Assembly: GCA_034717495.1 (NCBI GenBank)
Contig: JAYELL010000025.1
Coordinates: 25,900 to 89,899, forward strand
Length of the DNA: 64,000 nt
Direction: 5' to 3'
Source of the DNA: Chloroflexota bacterium
GTDB lineage: Bacteria; Chloroflexota; Anaerolineae; JAAEKA01
The notes below the pieces were generated by a model. It saw only the letters and a program-made list of their open reading frames with translations, was not told where the DNA came from and ran no database searches. The translations under genes and the position numbers were made by a program. Of this stretch, positions 19,472-29,114 are shown piece after piece. Position 1 is the first letter of the stretch. Each line of letters opens with the position of its first letter.

Positions 19472-20248
19472 ATGATGAAACGCTTCTTTCTGATACTGAT
19501 AATCGTGGCGCTCCTGGCGGTGATCCCCCTGGCAACTACGGACGTGGGGGCCCAGAGCGGAAACCAGTGGCGCGCCGACTACTACCCCAATCTGGACTGG
19601 GCAGGCAATCCGGTCTTCACCCAGGTTATTCCCTACCTGAACCTGAATTGGGGTGCAGGGGTACCTGGGCCCAACATGCCGGCCGACAACTGGACGATGC
19701 GGGGCACTTCCGATGCCTACTTCTACAGCGGCGTCTATCGTTTCTCGGCATTGGCTGACGATGAGGTTTTGCTGATGATCGACAACGCGGTCTATCTGGA
19801 CACGCGAGGTAAAGGTCAGTCCGGCAAAAACCAGATGATCGACGTTACCATGACCCAGGGAACCCACCACGTTCAGGTGGATTTCCGGGAGTACACCGGG
19901 AACGCCTATATCACGATAAACTGGGAGCTGATCAAGGGCCCAACACCTCCTCCGCCATCCTCCTCCTGTCCCTATCCACCAGCGTCGGCGCCAAGCGTGC
20001 AGACGCAATTTGGTGACTATACACCCTGCATTCAGAGCGGCTCACACCAATCGCAGTGTTATGTTTCAGACGGTGCATGGGATTCACCCAATCAGGGTTC
20101 CATTCAGATGGAGCCAAAGATCACCATCTGGGGCAATTGCCAACCGGCAGACAGCGATACGACCTGGGCACTTGACTGCTCAACAGATCCGTGGAAGACC
20201 CAGAACTACCGTTGTTCGAAGACTCTGTCAGGGTGGTTCCCCTCTTAG
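19472..20248 (+). CDS. secreted PA14-domain protein with Pro-rich linker and 8-Cys C-terminal module
   Basis: Signal peptide; PA14-like region (NWTMRGTSDAYFYSGVYRFSALADDEVLLMIDNAVY...HVQVDFREYTGNAYITINWE); PPPPSSSCPYPP linker. Confidence 0.6.
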   Translation: MMKRFFLILIIVALLAVIPLATTDVGAQSGNQWRADYYPNLDWAGNPVFTQVIPYLNLNWGAGVPGPNMPADNWTMRGTSDAYFYSGVYRFSALADDEVLLMIDNAVYLDTRGKGQSGKNQMIDVTMTQGTHHVQVDFREYTGNAYITINWELIKGPTPPPPSSSCPYPPASAPSVQTQFGDYTPCIQSGSHQSQCYVSDGAWDSPNQGSIQMEPKITIWGNCQPADSDTTWALDCSTDPWKTQNYRCSKTLSGWFPS

Positions 20249-20295
20249 AGCTATGAACTGACCCCCGGTGCGTCAACGGGACAAAATCGAATCAA

Positions 20296-20335
20296 CCGCA
20301 CCCGAGAGTCGACTCTCGGGTGCGGTTTGTATTTT
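20296..20335. terminator. strong bidirectional intrinsic terminator between convergent PA14 gene and serine-hydrolase gene
   Basis: Perfect 13-bp stem CCGCACCCGAGAG/CTCTCGGGTGCGG, loop tcga, then tttgtatttt. Confidence 0.8.
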
Positions 20336-20414
20336 CAACAGTGTTGCACCTCGCCCCCGCCCGGATAAACGTACGGTTTGCGAGACAGATCCTGGATACG
20401 TCAGTGAGGTCAGG

Positions 20415-21959
20415 TCAGCTTGTTTCAGGTGCAGCAGGAAACTCGACAGGCTCAACTGTTTCCTCTTCGGGAGAGCTTTCCACTTTGGGTGGCTCGCCCC
20501 CATTTGCCACCAGCGTGAAGTAGTCCCAGGCAGCTTTGCTGACGTCAGCCATGATGCTGCTGCTCAGGTCCCACTCGACCCAACCGAATTTGTGGATAAA
20601 GACGGCGACGACATAAGGACCTGCCGGACTCCAGACGATGGCTGCATCACTGTGGCTGTCCTCTACAAAACCGTGCTTGTGGACCATCCTTACATCGGGT
20701 GGAAGACCTGTTTCCAGTAGAATGTCCTTTTTGTTCAAGTCCATGAATTCCAGCATCTGGCTGCACTCGTCCGCAGTCAATTGATCTGGATAGATTGCCA
20801 GCAAAGTCCCCCCACCTTCACTACACTGAACAAGCCACTCGAGCAACAAGGCACTGTCTTTGGCCGTAGTCTGCATGTGTTTGTCGGGCGCCGTGGAAAC
20901 ATCGGTGCGGCTATTGGCAGGAGTAGAGTAAGTTTTGGGCAAGGAGTCTTTGTCGTAGGGTGTGGCCATGAAACTGTTCTCCAGACCCAGGTTACGCAGG
21001 GTAGCGGTGACCCGATCCGCGCCACTCCATTCATCACCGATATTGCCCCCCCCGATCAATCGCAACAGCAGATTGGCTGTAAAATTGCCGCTCAGGCCCA
21101 TGGTGCTGGTCAGTAGCTTGGTGGTCTCCACGCCAGGCCCCTTTCCCAGCACGCTGCGGTAGAGTTCCGCCATGATCGGTACCTTCATGGTACTCATGCC
21201 GGCGAAGGCAATATCGGGATCGACGCTGACCTCCTCATCTCCCCCCACCTGGCGCACGAAGATACTCACCAGACCGGGGAACTGATCGGCGCGATTGGCC
21301 AGAAGGCGCTCCAGCTCCTTGATAGTGGGCGGTGGTGGCGGAATCTCCACCAATACGAGATGTGCCTCACGCTGCACTGGATCCTCCAGCGCGTCCAATA
21401 GACCTGGCATCGACAGGTTCGGTTCCAGTTCCAAACCCGGTTTCCCTGCCTGGAACATGAAGGTGGATGTATATGGGGTGCCCGGCACCAGGGCCACCCC
21501 GGAGGGAGGACGCGGCTCCTGGTCGAAATCCTGAGCCACCTCGTAGAACCAGGCACCCAGCTTCTCTTCGTCCAACGTGTATTTCAACGGGATATCGAGT
21601 GGGTCGGGAGGGTGGTCCATCAACTGGCTGGGAAATGGACGCCAGAATCCCAATCCCTCTCCAAAGGGCACCGCTTCGGCGATCATCGCGTTGACGTCTG
21701 GTTGGAAGCCGATGTCCTCTGGATAGAGGATAATGCGTTCACCATCGTAATAGACGGCAACCGGCTGCATGAAGGTCTCGTGCAAATTGCCGGCGATCTC
21801 CTCCAGGTCCTGGCCCGAGGGATCGAGACCTGCCAGTGAAATCCCCCCGGGCAGTGGTCCCTGGCTGTTGTAATACGCGAGGGCACTGGGGCCCAGCAAA
21901 ACAGCCACGGCCACAAGGATCACGAGAAGGAGCAGCAGTAGATTGCGCATCACTCCCAC
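20415..21959 (-). CDS. membrane-anchored class-A beta-lactamase-fold serine hydrolase with N-terminal accessory domain
   Basis: N-terminal TM; SxxK (STMK), SGN (SDN-like) and KHG (KTG-like) motifs in the C-terminal half. Confidence 0.55.
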   Translation of the reverse strand: MGVMRNLLLLLLVILVAVAVLLGPSALAYYNSQGPLPGGISLAGLDPSGQDLEEIAGNLHETFMQPVAVYYDGERIILYPEDIGFQPDVNAMIAEAVPFGEGLGFWRPFPSQLMDHPPDPLDIPLKYTLDEEKLGAWFYEVAQDFDQEPRPPSGVALVPGTPYTSTFMFQAGKPGLELEPNLSMPGLLDALEDPVQREAHLVLVEIPPPPPTIKELERLLANRADQFPGLVSIFVRQVGGDEEVSVDPDIAFAGMSTMKVPIMAELYRSVLGKGPGVETTKLLTSTMGLSGNFTANLLLRLIGGGNIGDEWSGADRVTATLRNLGLENSFMATPYDKDSLPKTYSTPANSRTDVSTAPDKHMQTTAKDSALLLEWLVQCSEGGGTLLAIYPDQLTADECSQMLEFMDLNKKDILLETGLPPDVRMVHKHGFVEDSHSDAAIVWSPAGPYVVAVFIHKFGWVEWDLSSSIMADVSKAAWDYFTLVANGGEPPKVESSPEEETVEPVEFPAAPETS

Positions 21960-23595
21960 TCGATAGTTCCAGGCGGCTTGCTGGTGATGTCGTATACCAC
22001 CCGGTTTATCCCTGCTACCTCATTGACGATGCGGTTGCTGATGCGAGCGAGCAGGGCATGAGGAAGCCGCGCCCAATCGGCGGTCATGAAATCATCTGTT
22101 GTCACCGCCCGAAGGGCTACCACATCAGCGTAAGTGCGATTGTCTCCCATGACGCCTACGCTCTTGACCGGCAACAAGACGGCAAAAACCTGGGCAGTCT
22201 TTCTATATAAGCCAGCCTCCCGCAGTTCTTCCAGCAGAATGGCGTCGGCCTGGCGCAGGGTCTCCAGCCGTTCCCAGGTGACTTCTCCCAGGATACGTAT
22301 GGCCAATCCCGGACCAGGGAATGGGTGTCGCCAGACAATCTCCTCCGGTAGGCCCAGGGCTTCGCCGACTGCACGAACCTCGTCCTTGAACAGGAGCCGA
22401 AGAGGCTCGATCAGGGTGAAAGCCATATCCTCTGGCAATCCCCCTACGTTGTGATGGGTCTTGATGGTACGTGCGGCCCGTTCTTTGCCGCCGCTGGCGC
22501 TCTCGATCACATCGGGGTACAGCGTGCCCTGGGCCAGGAATCCGATAGTCTCTCCGGAGTGTTTGCCGTCCCTGGACCAATCTAACGCAATACGGGCTGC
22601 TTCTTCCTCAAAAACACGGATAAAACGATGGCCAATCTGGCGCCGCTTCTGCTCAGGATCGCTGACTTCGGCCAGGTCCGCGAGAAAGGCCTCAATGGCA
22701 TTGACCGCGACTAATTGCATCTGCATGTTTCGTTCGAATGTGTCGATCACTTGCTGCGCTTCGCCAAGGCGCAGCAACCCATGGTCCACGAAAAAGCATG
22801 TCAATTGATCGCCGATCGCTTCATGAAGCAGGGCCGCCACCACCGACGAGTCGACCCCGCCCGATAGACCACAGATCACATGCTGCCCTCCAACCCGTTC
22901 GCGAATACACAGCACGCTTTCCTCGATGAAATTGCTGGCAGTCCAATCGGGGATGGCGCCACAGATATCCACCGCGAAGGCGCGCAACATCTCGGATCCT
23001 TGGGGCGTGTGGGTTACTTCAGGATGGAATTGCAAGCCGTAACAGCTGCTTTCCTGGTCTCCTATGGCTGCGCAGGGTGAATTTTGCGAGGTAGCCAGGA
23101 CCTGCCAGCCCGGCGGCAAGGCCTCGAGTCGATCGCCGTGGCTCATCCAGACAGACATGGGATTGGCGACCGGGGCATGGGATTGTGCGGTTGCAGTCGA
23201 ACTGCCCTCCCGCTCGGTCCGCTCGCCAATCCTGGCAAACAGCGCATTGTCCGGCTGCAGCAACTCTATATCGGCCGGCCCGTACTCACGGGCGGCAGCC
23301 GGAGCCACGCGGCCACCCAGGTTGTGAGCCAGAAGTTGCATGCCGTAACAGATGCCCAAAACCGGCAGGCCCGACTCGAGAACATAGGAGGGCAGGGCTG
23401 GCGCGCCAGGCTCGTAGACACTGGCCGGGCCACCGCTGAGAATGAAACCCTTGATGGTCCTGTTAGCCAACACCTCTTCAGCGGGTTCATCCCAATAAAC
23501 CAGTTCTGAAAAGACGTTCTGCTCTCGCACCCGCCGGGCGATCAGCTGGGCGTATTGAGAGCCGAAATCGAGCACGATAATGGTGTCGTGGGGCA
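21950..23595 (-). CDS. guaA: GMP synthase (glutamine-hydrolysing)
   Basis: GATase domain (GICYGMQLL), ATP-PPase SGGVDSSV motif, C-terminal dimerisation domain ending ...KPPGTIEWE; start [15 protein letters not shown]. Confidence 0.95.
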
Positions 23596-23642
23596 TGATA
23601 GAACTGCCATTTACTCCAGAGCTCTTGGGGACTCGTGCAATC

Positions 23643-24215
23643 TTAATCCTGAAAAACGATCCTGCCGTTGTCCATATTGCTGATAATGGCCAGGGATTCG
23701 ATGGGCACTTGCCAGTGGCCAAGGTCGTTCCTGCCGCTTTCGAAGGACTTTTCGATGACAGCGCCGATTCCAACCATGGTTGCACCAGCGGTTAAAACCA
23801 GGCGAGCCATAGCTTCGATGGTTTTACCGGTAGCCAGGAAGTCGTCGATCACCAGCACACGGTCTCCAGGTCCGAGGAACTCTGGCGAGACGGTTAATGT
23901 TACCTCCCGGCCTTTGGTGTGGCTGGGTGCGGTTTCGACTATGGCATTGGGGTGCATGGTGATCGGTTTTGTCTTGCGCGCGTAGACGACCGGTACTCCC
24001 AGGGCCAGGGCTGTGGTTAGCGCAGGCGCAATGCCGCTAATCTCCGCGGTGAACACCTTGTTGGGTTGAAGGTGAGCAAAGCGGGCTGCAAGCGCTCCAC
24101 CCACAGCCAACATCAGGGTGGGATCCACCTGGTGGTTGATGAAGCTGTCAACTTTCAGGATGCCGTTCCCCAAATTGACGCCGTCGCGCCGAATGCGTTC
24201 CTTGAGGATTTCCAC
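23643..24215 (-). CDS. xpt: xanthine phosphoribosyltransferase
   Basis: Full-length Xpt ([17 protein letters not shown]-binding motif); GTG start. Confidence 0.9.
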   Translation of the reverse strand: MEILKERIRRDGVNLGNGILKVDSFINHQVDPTLMLAVGGALAARFAHLQPNKVFTAEISGIAPALTTALALGVPVVYARKTKPITMHPNAIVETAPSHTKGREVTLTVSPEFLGPGDRVLVIDDFLATGKTIEAMARLVLTAGATMVGIGAVIEKSFESGRNDLGHWQVPIESLAIISNMDNGRIVFQD

Positions 24216-24288
24216 AGGAGCTCTCCTCTACTAATAAAGCGAAAAGGGTAACTGAACAACTTGTGCTGAGTTGCAAACATTGTAGCCC

Positions 24289-24317
24289 ACGGTGACGTGC
24301 ACGGCAAGTTCCCTCCT
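24289..24317 (-). promoter_or_regulatory. sigma70-type promoter TTGCCG-N17-TACAAT for xpt-guaA
   Basis: Read on minus strand; leaves only a ~65-nt leader. Confidence 0.5.
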
Positions 24318-24557
24318 TTTATGTACTCAAAAGTACTCAGCAATTCTCAATATGCAGGGGAGTCGAGGCTGTACGAAGTCCCCACTTTTCTGGGTTAGCC
24401 GGGTTGATCTTGCACAAACTCAGCTGACAAACCGCCTGACCCAAAGAATGGGGGCTACGCACAGGCTAGACTCCAGCCCCCAGATTCGTCATATTGAGAA
24501 TTGCTGCTTTGTACTTCCAGCTTCCTAGAGGAAATTAGAGGGACCTGGTCGACTTCA

Positions 24558-24566
24558 TGGTATAAT
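24558..24566 (+). promoter_or_regulatory. extended -10 promoter element TGgTATAAT upstream of ammonia-lyase gene
   Basis: tggtataat ~110 nt upstream of ATG 24675. Confidence 0.4.
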
Positions 24567-24674
24567 CCAACCAACCGCAACAGTGGCGGTCCTTGGGAAA
24601 AGGCAGGTCTGTGGCTAAACTGATTCGCTGAACCACTGGTTTGCCATTCCCCACTAATTCGAGGAGACTTGTCA

Positions 24675-26264
24675 ATGGTGACATACCTATTGGATGGCCA
24701 ACACTTGACGATAGAAGATGTCGTGGCAGTGGCAGCAGCGCCACCAAACACGGTCAAGCTTGATCTGACGGCAGATGCGCGAAAGAGAGTGGCTCGATCC
24801 CGAGAGGCCGTGGAGGATTTCGTGCAGCGCCGTCAGGTGGTCTATGGGATTACCACCGGATTTGGCGCATTCTGTGACCGGTTCATCGATCCCGAGCAAG
24901 CAGCACAGCTTCAGCGCAACATCGTGATGAGCCATGCGGTCGGAGTCGGGGATCCTCTGGAACGGCAAGAGGTGCGGGCCATGATGCTGATTCGCGCCAA
25001 TACCCTGGCAAAAGGCTATTCCGGTTGCCGGCAGGATCTGATCGATCTTTTGCTGCGCATGTTGGAGCAAGGGGTTCACCCAGTGATCCCCCGACAAGGT
25101 TCTCTGGGAGCCAGCGGAGACCTGGCGCCCCTGGCCCACATGGCCCTGGTGATGATAGGATTAGGGGAAGCGGAGTATCAGGGAGAGATCATGCCCGGGG
25201 CAACTGCCCTGGCGGTTACCGGGTTGGCACCAGTATCCTTGCAGCCCAAGGAGGGACTTGCATTGACCAATGGTACAACCTTGATGGCCGCTCTGGGGTC
25301 CCTGGCAGTAGTTGAGGCGGAGAACGCCGCCAGCATCGCCGACATCGCAGGCTGCCTGAGCCTGGAGGCCTTGCACGGCACAGCGACCGCGTATGATCCG
25401 CGGCTTCAGGCTGTGCGTCCCCATCCCAGAGCCGGGGAGTGTGCGGCTCATCTGCGGCGCCTGTTGGGGGGATCGACCTTTGTACGCGATGTCGCCGTGG
25501 ACGTGGCGGGACCGCAAGCGAACGTTTCCCGGGAGCCGCAGGATGCCTATACCTTACGGTGTATCCCCCAGGTGCACGGCGCGTGTCACGATGCAATCAA
25601 ATACGCGCGCTGGGTGGTAGAGATCGAACTCAACGCCGCCACGGACAACCCACTGATCTTCGTCGACGAGCAGAGCGGTCAAGTGGATGTCATAAGCGGA
25701 GGCAATTTCCATGGCGAGCCCCTCGCTATTGCCTTCGACTATCTGGCCCTCGCGCTGACGGAGTTGGGCAATATGTCGGAGCGGCGATTGTGTCGATTGA
25801 CCGACGGGGCCAGCAATCGACACGTTCTTCCCGATTTTCTGACAGCCGAAGGAGGGTTGAACAGCGGCTTCATGTTGGTCCAATACACAGCAGCTGCTCT
25901 GGCTTCGGAGAACAAATCGCTTTCCCATCCTGCCAGCGCTGATACGATCCCTACCAGTGCCAACTGGGAGGACCACGTCAGCAATGGGCCGATTGCGGCC
26001 CGCCAGGCGCGACGGGTGCTTCGCAACGTAGAGACCATGTTGGCCATCGAACTGATGGCAGCCGCCCAGGGTATCGATTTTCGACGCGAGGCGTTGCCTG
26101 ATGCAACATTGGGACGCGGTACCCTGGTGGCTTACGATCTGATTCGCCAGGAGGTACCCTTTCTGGAGCAAGACGCGGTCATGTATCCTCACATTGAGGC
26201 CTCGCGTCGCCTGGTGGCAGAGGGCAGATTGCAGGCAGCAGTGCGCGATGCCTTGGATTCGTGA
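24675..26264 (+). CDS. hutH: histidine ammonia-lyase / aromatic amino acid ammonia-lyase (MIO-cofactor enzyme)
   Basis: ASG MIO-forming triad in GSLGASGDLAPLAHMAL; full-length; SD GAGGAG 8 nt upstream; no hutU/hutI nearby so substrate (His vs Tyr/Phe) unresolved. Confidence 0.8.
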   Translation: MVTYLLDGQHLTIEDVVAVAAAPPNTVKLDLTADARKRVARSREAVEDFVQRRQVVYGITTGFGAFCDRFIDPEQAAQLQRNIVMSHAVGVGDPLERQEVRAMMLIRANTLAKGYSGCRQDLIDLLLRMLEQGVHPVIPRQGSLGASGDLAPLAHMALVMIGLGEAEYQGEIMPGATALAVTGLAPVSLQPKEGLALTNGTTLMAALGSLAVVEAENAASIADIAGCLSLEALHGTATAYDPRLQAVRPHPRAGECAAHLRRLLGGSTFVRDVAVDVAGPQANVSREPQDAYTLRCIPQVHGACHDAIKYARWVVEIELNAATDNPLIFVDEQSGQVDVISGGNFHGEPLAIAFDYLALALTELGNMSERRLCRLTDGASNRHVLPDFLTAEGGLNSGFMLVQYTAAALASENKSLSHPASADTIPTSANWEDHVSNGPIAARQARRVLRNVETMLAIELMAAAQGIDFRREALPDATLGRGTLVAYDLIRQEVPFLEQDAVMYPHIEASRRLVAEGRLQAAVRDALDS

Positions 26265-26788
26265 CTGGTTTGCATCGCGGTGGCGTCGAGGATGTAGGGG
26301 GCGTGGATGACGGTTTTCTGACCGTTCTCTTTGTTCAACAGGGTAACGGACAACATCCGGTCACCGTCGGTCTCGGCAAAAATGGGTCGATGGCGCAAGA
26401 GCACCTCTATTTGCCGGCCAGAGCGGTAGGGGGCCAGCATCTCCTCCAGCGCGGCCAGAGCTACGCGTGGTTCGTGACACAAGGGGCTGACGCCGCCCAG
26501 GCCCGGATTGAGATTCACATCGGCGCGGGCCGCAGGTGTGAGCGGGTAGTTTCGCCGGTAATAATTACGAATCTTGTACCGGAGTTGGCGATAGCTGGCC
26601 GTGCAGCCGGTGGTCTCGATCCAGGGATGTTCATCCGGCGGTACGGCCTGGGCCGTCAATTGGCCGCCCATCCAATCGGTTTCTTCGGTCATGATGACTT
26701 TTTTACCCAGGCGCAGGGCAGCCAGCGCTGCGCCCACACCGCCCAAACCGGCGCCTACAATCAGAATGTCTGTTTGTTGTTCTTTCAT
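26189..26788 (-). pseudogene. truncated FAD-dependent oxidoreductase fragment (N-terminal ~190 aa only)
   Basis: Rossmann FAD motif DILIVGAGLGGVGAALAALRLG; homologous proteins are ~450 aa; reading frame runs antisense into the 3' end of the ammonia-lyase gene. Confidence 0.45.
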
Positions 26789-27150
26789 TGGTATGGATTT
26801 TCCGTCGGTTTTGAGCTCGGTACCGGGTTTAGGGCAACCCATCATACCCTTGCCTGCTGGATTCACGCTCGATGCCCAGGAGGAACGTATGGTAGAAATC
26901 CTCTTCTTCGCAAGGGGAATTGGGCTTGTAGGTCAAGACACTGATCAAGCGGCTACTACGTATTCTAAACGTATATCATACTTCAATATTTGCTGTCAAC
27001 AGCCCCCCGGCGACGCTAGATCGGGTTTCAGCGACGATGGAGCGGAATTCGGGTAGTTAGAAAGTACTAACCTTGCCTTAATGCTTCATTAAGGTTGGCG
27101 CACTAGAATATGGTTAAGTCGTTCGGTAAGACGAATGATGCTCCTTCCTT

Positions 27151-27193
27151 CCTCCTTGCGGGGCGGTGGTTTGGGACGGACCGCCGCCCCTCT
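27151..27193 (+). terminator. strong intrinsic terminator (possible 3' end of a small RNA)
   Basis: 10-bp GC stem GGGGCGGTGG/CCGCCGCCCC (one G-U), 11-nt loop, then tctttcttttct. Confidence 0.6.
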
Positions 27194-27293
27194 TTCTTTT
27201 CTACACATTTTGCCTTTACTTTGCCAAAGAGATATAATCTCGCAGCGGAACAGGTCAATCCTGTTCTGAAAAGTTTGCATTTTGGAGGCACCC

Positions 27294-27443
27294 GTGAGTA
27301 AGGAAACAAGCGCTTCTCCGGTAGCAGCAGATGTCGAAAGCCTGAAGTCTCAGGTCAAGGCACTCAAGGAGGCGATCCGCCGTCTTGAACTGCACATGGA
27401 AGAAATCGAAGAGGAACTCGCTTCGTTACGCAATTTGATCTAG
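27294..27443 (+). CDS. 49-aa coiled-coil small protein (hypothetical)
   Basis: GGAGG 5 nt upstream of GTG; heptad-like sequence SLKSQVKALKEAIRRLELHMEEIEEELASLRNLI; own promoter-like TTGCCT-N17-TATAAT at ~27209-27240; terminator follows. Confidence 0.4.
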   Translation: MSKETSASPVAADVESLKSQVKALKEAIRRLELHMEEIEEELASLRNLI

Positions 27444-27485
27444 CGCCGTTAAATCGCTGATCCAATTGAGTTAGAAGCCAGCCTT

Positions 27486-27539
27486 CCGCGCTGGATGTAG
27501 ACCGATTGAGGCCTGCATCCAGCGCGGTTTGCTTTCTCC
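27486..27539 (+). terminator. intrinsic terminator after small coiled-coil ORF
   Basis: 12-bp stem CCGCGCTGGATG/CATCCAGCGCGG, 18-nt loop, then tttgctttctcc. Confidence 0.55.
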
Positions 27540-27679
27540 GTTGACCGATCCGTAACCCAGGCGGTAGCTCATGCATCCAAGAAGTGCCGAGGGCAGACAA
27601 GAGTCTGGCTGCCCAGGTTGAAACAAAAAAGAACACCGATTATTGCATTATGCAGGAATACAGGAAATAGGAGTGAACA

Positions 27680-28336
27680 ATGGCATTGTTAACAGAACAA
27701 GACGCCGCTGCCGTCAAAGAGCAATTTGATGAGGCGCTGAGCCAACCGATAAAACTGGTCATGTTTACCCAGGAGTTTGAGTGTTCCTACTGCCGGGAGA
27801 CACGGGAGATTCTGGAGGAACTGGCGGGACTCTCTTCACTGATCACCGTCGAGGTCTACGACTTCGTCGAGGACAAGGAATTGGCCGATCAATATGGCGT
27901 GGACAAGATACCGGCGGTCTTGGCGTTGGGGACTGGTGAGGATGGCGACATCGACTTCGGCATTCGCTTCTTCGGCATTCCCAGCGGCTATGAGTTTGTG
28001 AGTCTTCTGGAGGCCATCAAGTTGGTGGGCGGTGGCGACGTCGAGTTAAGCCAGGCAACCCTGGACAAGTTGGCAACTCTGGAAGAGCCATTGCACCTCC
28101 AGGTATTTGTGACGCCGACCTGCCCCTATTGCCCCCGGGCGGTAGTGCTGGCGCATCAACTGGCTTTTGCCAGCCCGAAGGTGACTGCAGATATGGTGGA
28201 AGCGACCGAATTCCCCCACCTGTCAAACAAATACAATGTGATGGGTGTACCTCGAACCATCGTCAATGAGGACACGCACATCGAGGGCGCGGTCCCAGAG
28301 CCAATGTTGATGGCTCGCCTGCCAATCGGCGACTGA
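27680..28336 (+). CDS. two-domain thioredoxin-fold protein disulfide oxidoreductase (glutaredoxin-like, two CxxC sites)
   Basis: CSYC and CPYC active sites in tandem thioredoxin folds, PDO-like architecture. Confidence 0.75.
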   Translation: MALLTEQDAAAVKEQFDEALSQPIKLVMFTQEFECSYCRETREILEELAGLSSLITVEVYDFVEDKELADQYGVDKIPAVLALGTGEDGDIDFGIRFFGIPSGYEFVSLLEAIKLVGGGDVELSQATLDKLATLEEPLHLQVFVTPTCPYCPRAVVLAHQLAFASPKVTADMVEATEFPHLSNKYNVMGVPRTIVNEDTHIEGAVPEPMLMARLPIGD

Positions 28337-28447
28337 ATTCATCACACACCCCCTGTTTGAACCGGGCGCGTGCGTTCCAGGGAACCCATTCGCCCGGTTT
28401 TTGATTCCCGGCTGTATCGACTGAGGCAGCAAACATGAGTCTCTCTG

Positions 28448-28477
28448 TTGGACAGGGTGAACTGCTGAGAGTATAAT
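28448..28477 (+). promoter_or_regulatory. sigma70-type promoter TTGGAC-N18-TATAAT for ECF transporter operon
   Basis: Read directly; ~100-nt leader to S-component start. Confidence 0.5.
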
Positions 28478-28574
28478 GAAATCGCAGGTATGGTTGCGGA
28501 GGATTGGCCTGCTTGGTGTATTGTTGCCTTGAAATACATTGAACGATCCGTGGACAAGGAGTGAACGAGTAGAT

Positions 28575-29108
28575 ATGTCCGATCGCGCTTCTCCTCGCGA
28601 TATTGCGTTGGCGGCGCTGATGATTGCCTTGGTAGCCGTTGTAACCCGTTTCCTGATCGTGCCGATCGGACAAGGGTTCTTCAATTTTTCCGATACCGCC
28701 GTCTATTTCGCGGCATTCACTTTTGGTCCATGGATTGGCTTCGTAGCAGGCGGCGTTGGCGGCGCCATTGCCGATCTCTCGGCGGGTTATCCCAGTTTTG
28801 CTCCCCTGACCTTTCTTGCCCATGGCTTACAGGGCCTGGTGGCCGGATGGCTGGTGAGGCGGACTCTTGGCTCTTTGTTTCAACGGATGATCATCGGTTT
28901 GATTGGTGGCACCGTAGTTATGGCGGGTGTTTATTTTCTGGGCGAGTATTTCTTTTTGATCTGGGGGGGTCCACCTCAGGCAGTTACTGAATTACCCTTC
29001 AATCTGCTTCAGAATGTAATAGGCGGCATCATCGCCATTCCCCTTTCTTTCTTTGTTCGGCGGGCCTATCCTCCTCTGTCTCGTTATACCGACCCACCGC
29101 AGGAATAA
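28575..29108 (+). CDS. ECF transporter S (substrate-capture) component, substrate unknown
   Basis: 6-TM small hydrophobic protein with Gly-rich helices, immediately upstream of EcfAA'T; ATG 28575 after AAGGAG (alt TTG 28539). Confidence 0.65.
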   Translation: MSDRASPRDIALAALMIALVAVVTRFLIVPIGQGFFNFSDTAVYFAAFTFGPWIGFVAGGVGGAIADLSAGYPSFAPLTFLAHGLQGLVAGWLVRRTLGSLFQRMIIGLIGGTVVMAGVYFLGEYFFLIWGGPPQAVTELPFNLLQNVIGGIIAIPLSFFVRRAYPPLSRYTDPPQE

Positions 29109-29114
29109 ACGGCC

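Noticed and set aside
24216-24420. Possible guanine/purine riboswitch upstream of xpt (minus strand)
   Set aside because: Reverse-complement leader lacks the conserved aptamer blocks. A promoter only ~65 nt upstream of the start leaves no room.
27089-27301. 63-aa ORFs on both strands in the non-coding island (one preceded by AAGGAGGAAGGAAGGAG on the minus strand)
   Set aside because: Translations are low-complexity with no start codon at a proper distance from the SD-like tract. The tract is better explained as a pyrimidine-rich segment of a plus-strand terminated transcript.
28454-28480. GGGTG...GCTGAGAG resembling the TPP-riboswitch core upstream of the ECF S component
   Set aside because: The CUGAGA lies in the spacer of a TTGGAC-N18-TATAAT promoter, and the downstream ACCC/GAACCUGAUC elements are absent.
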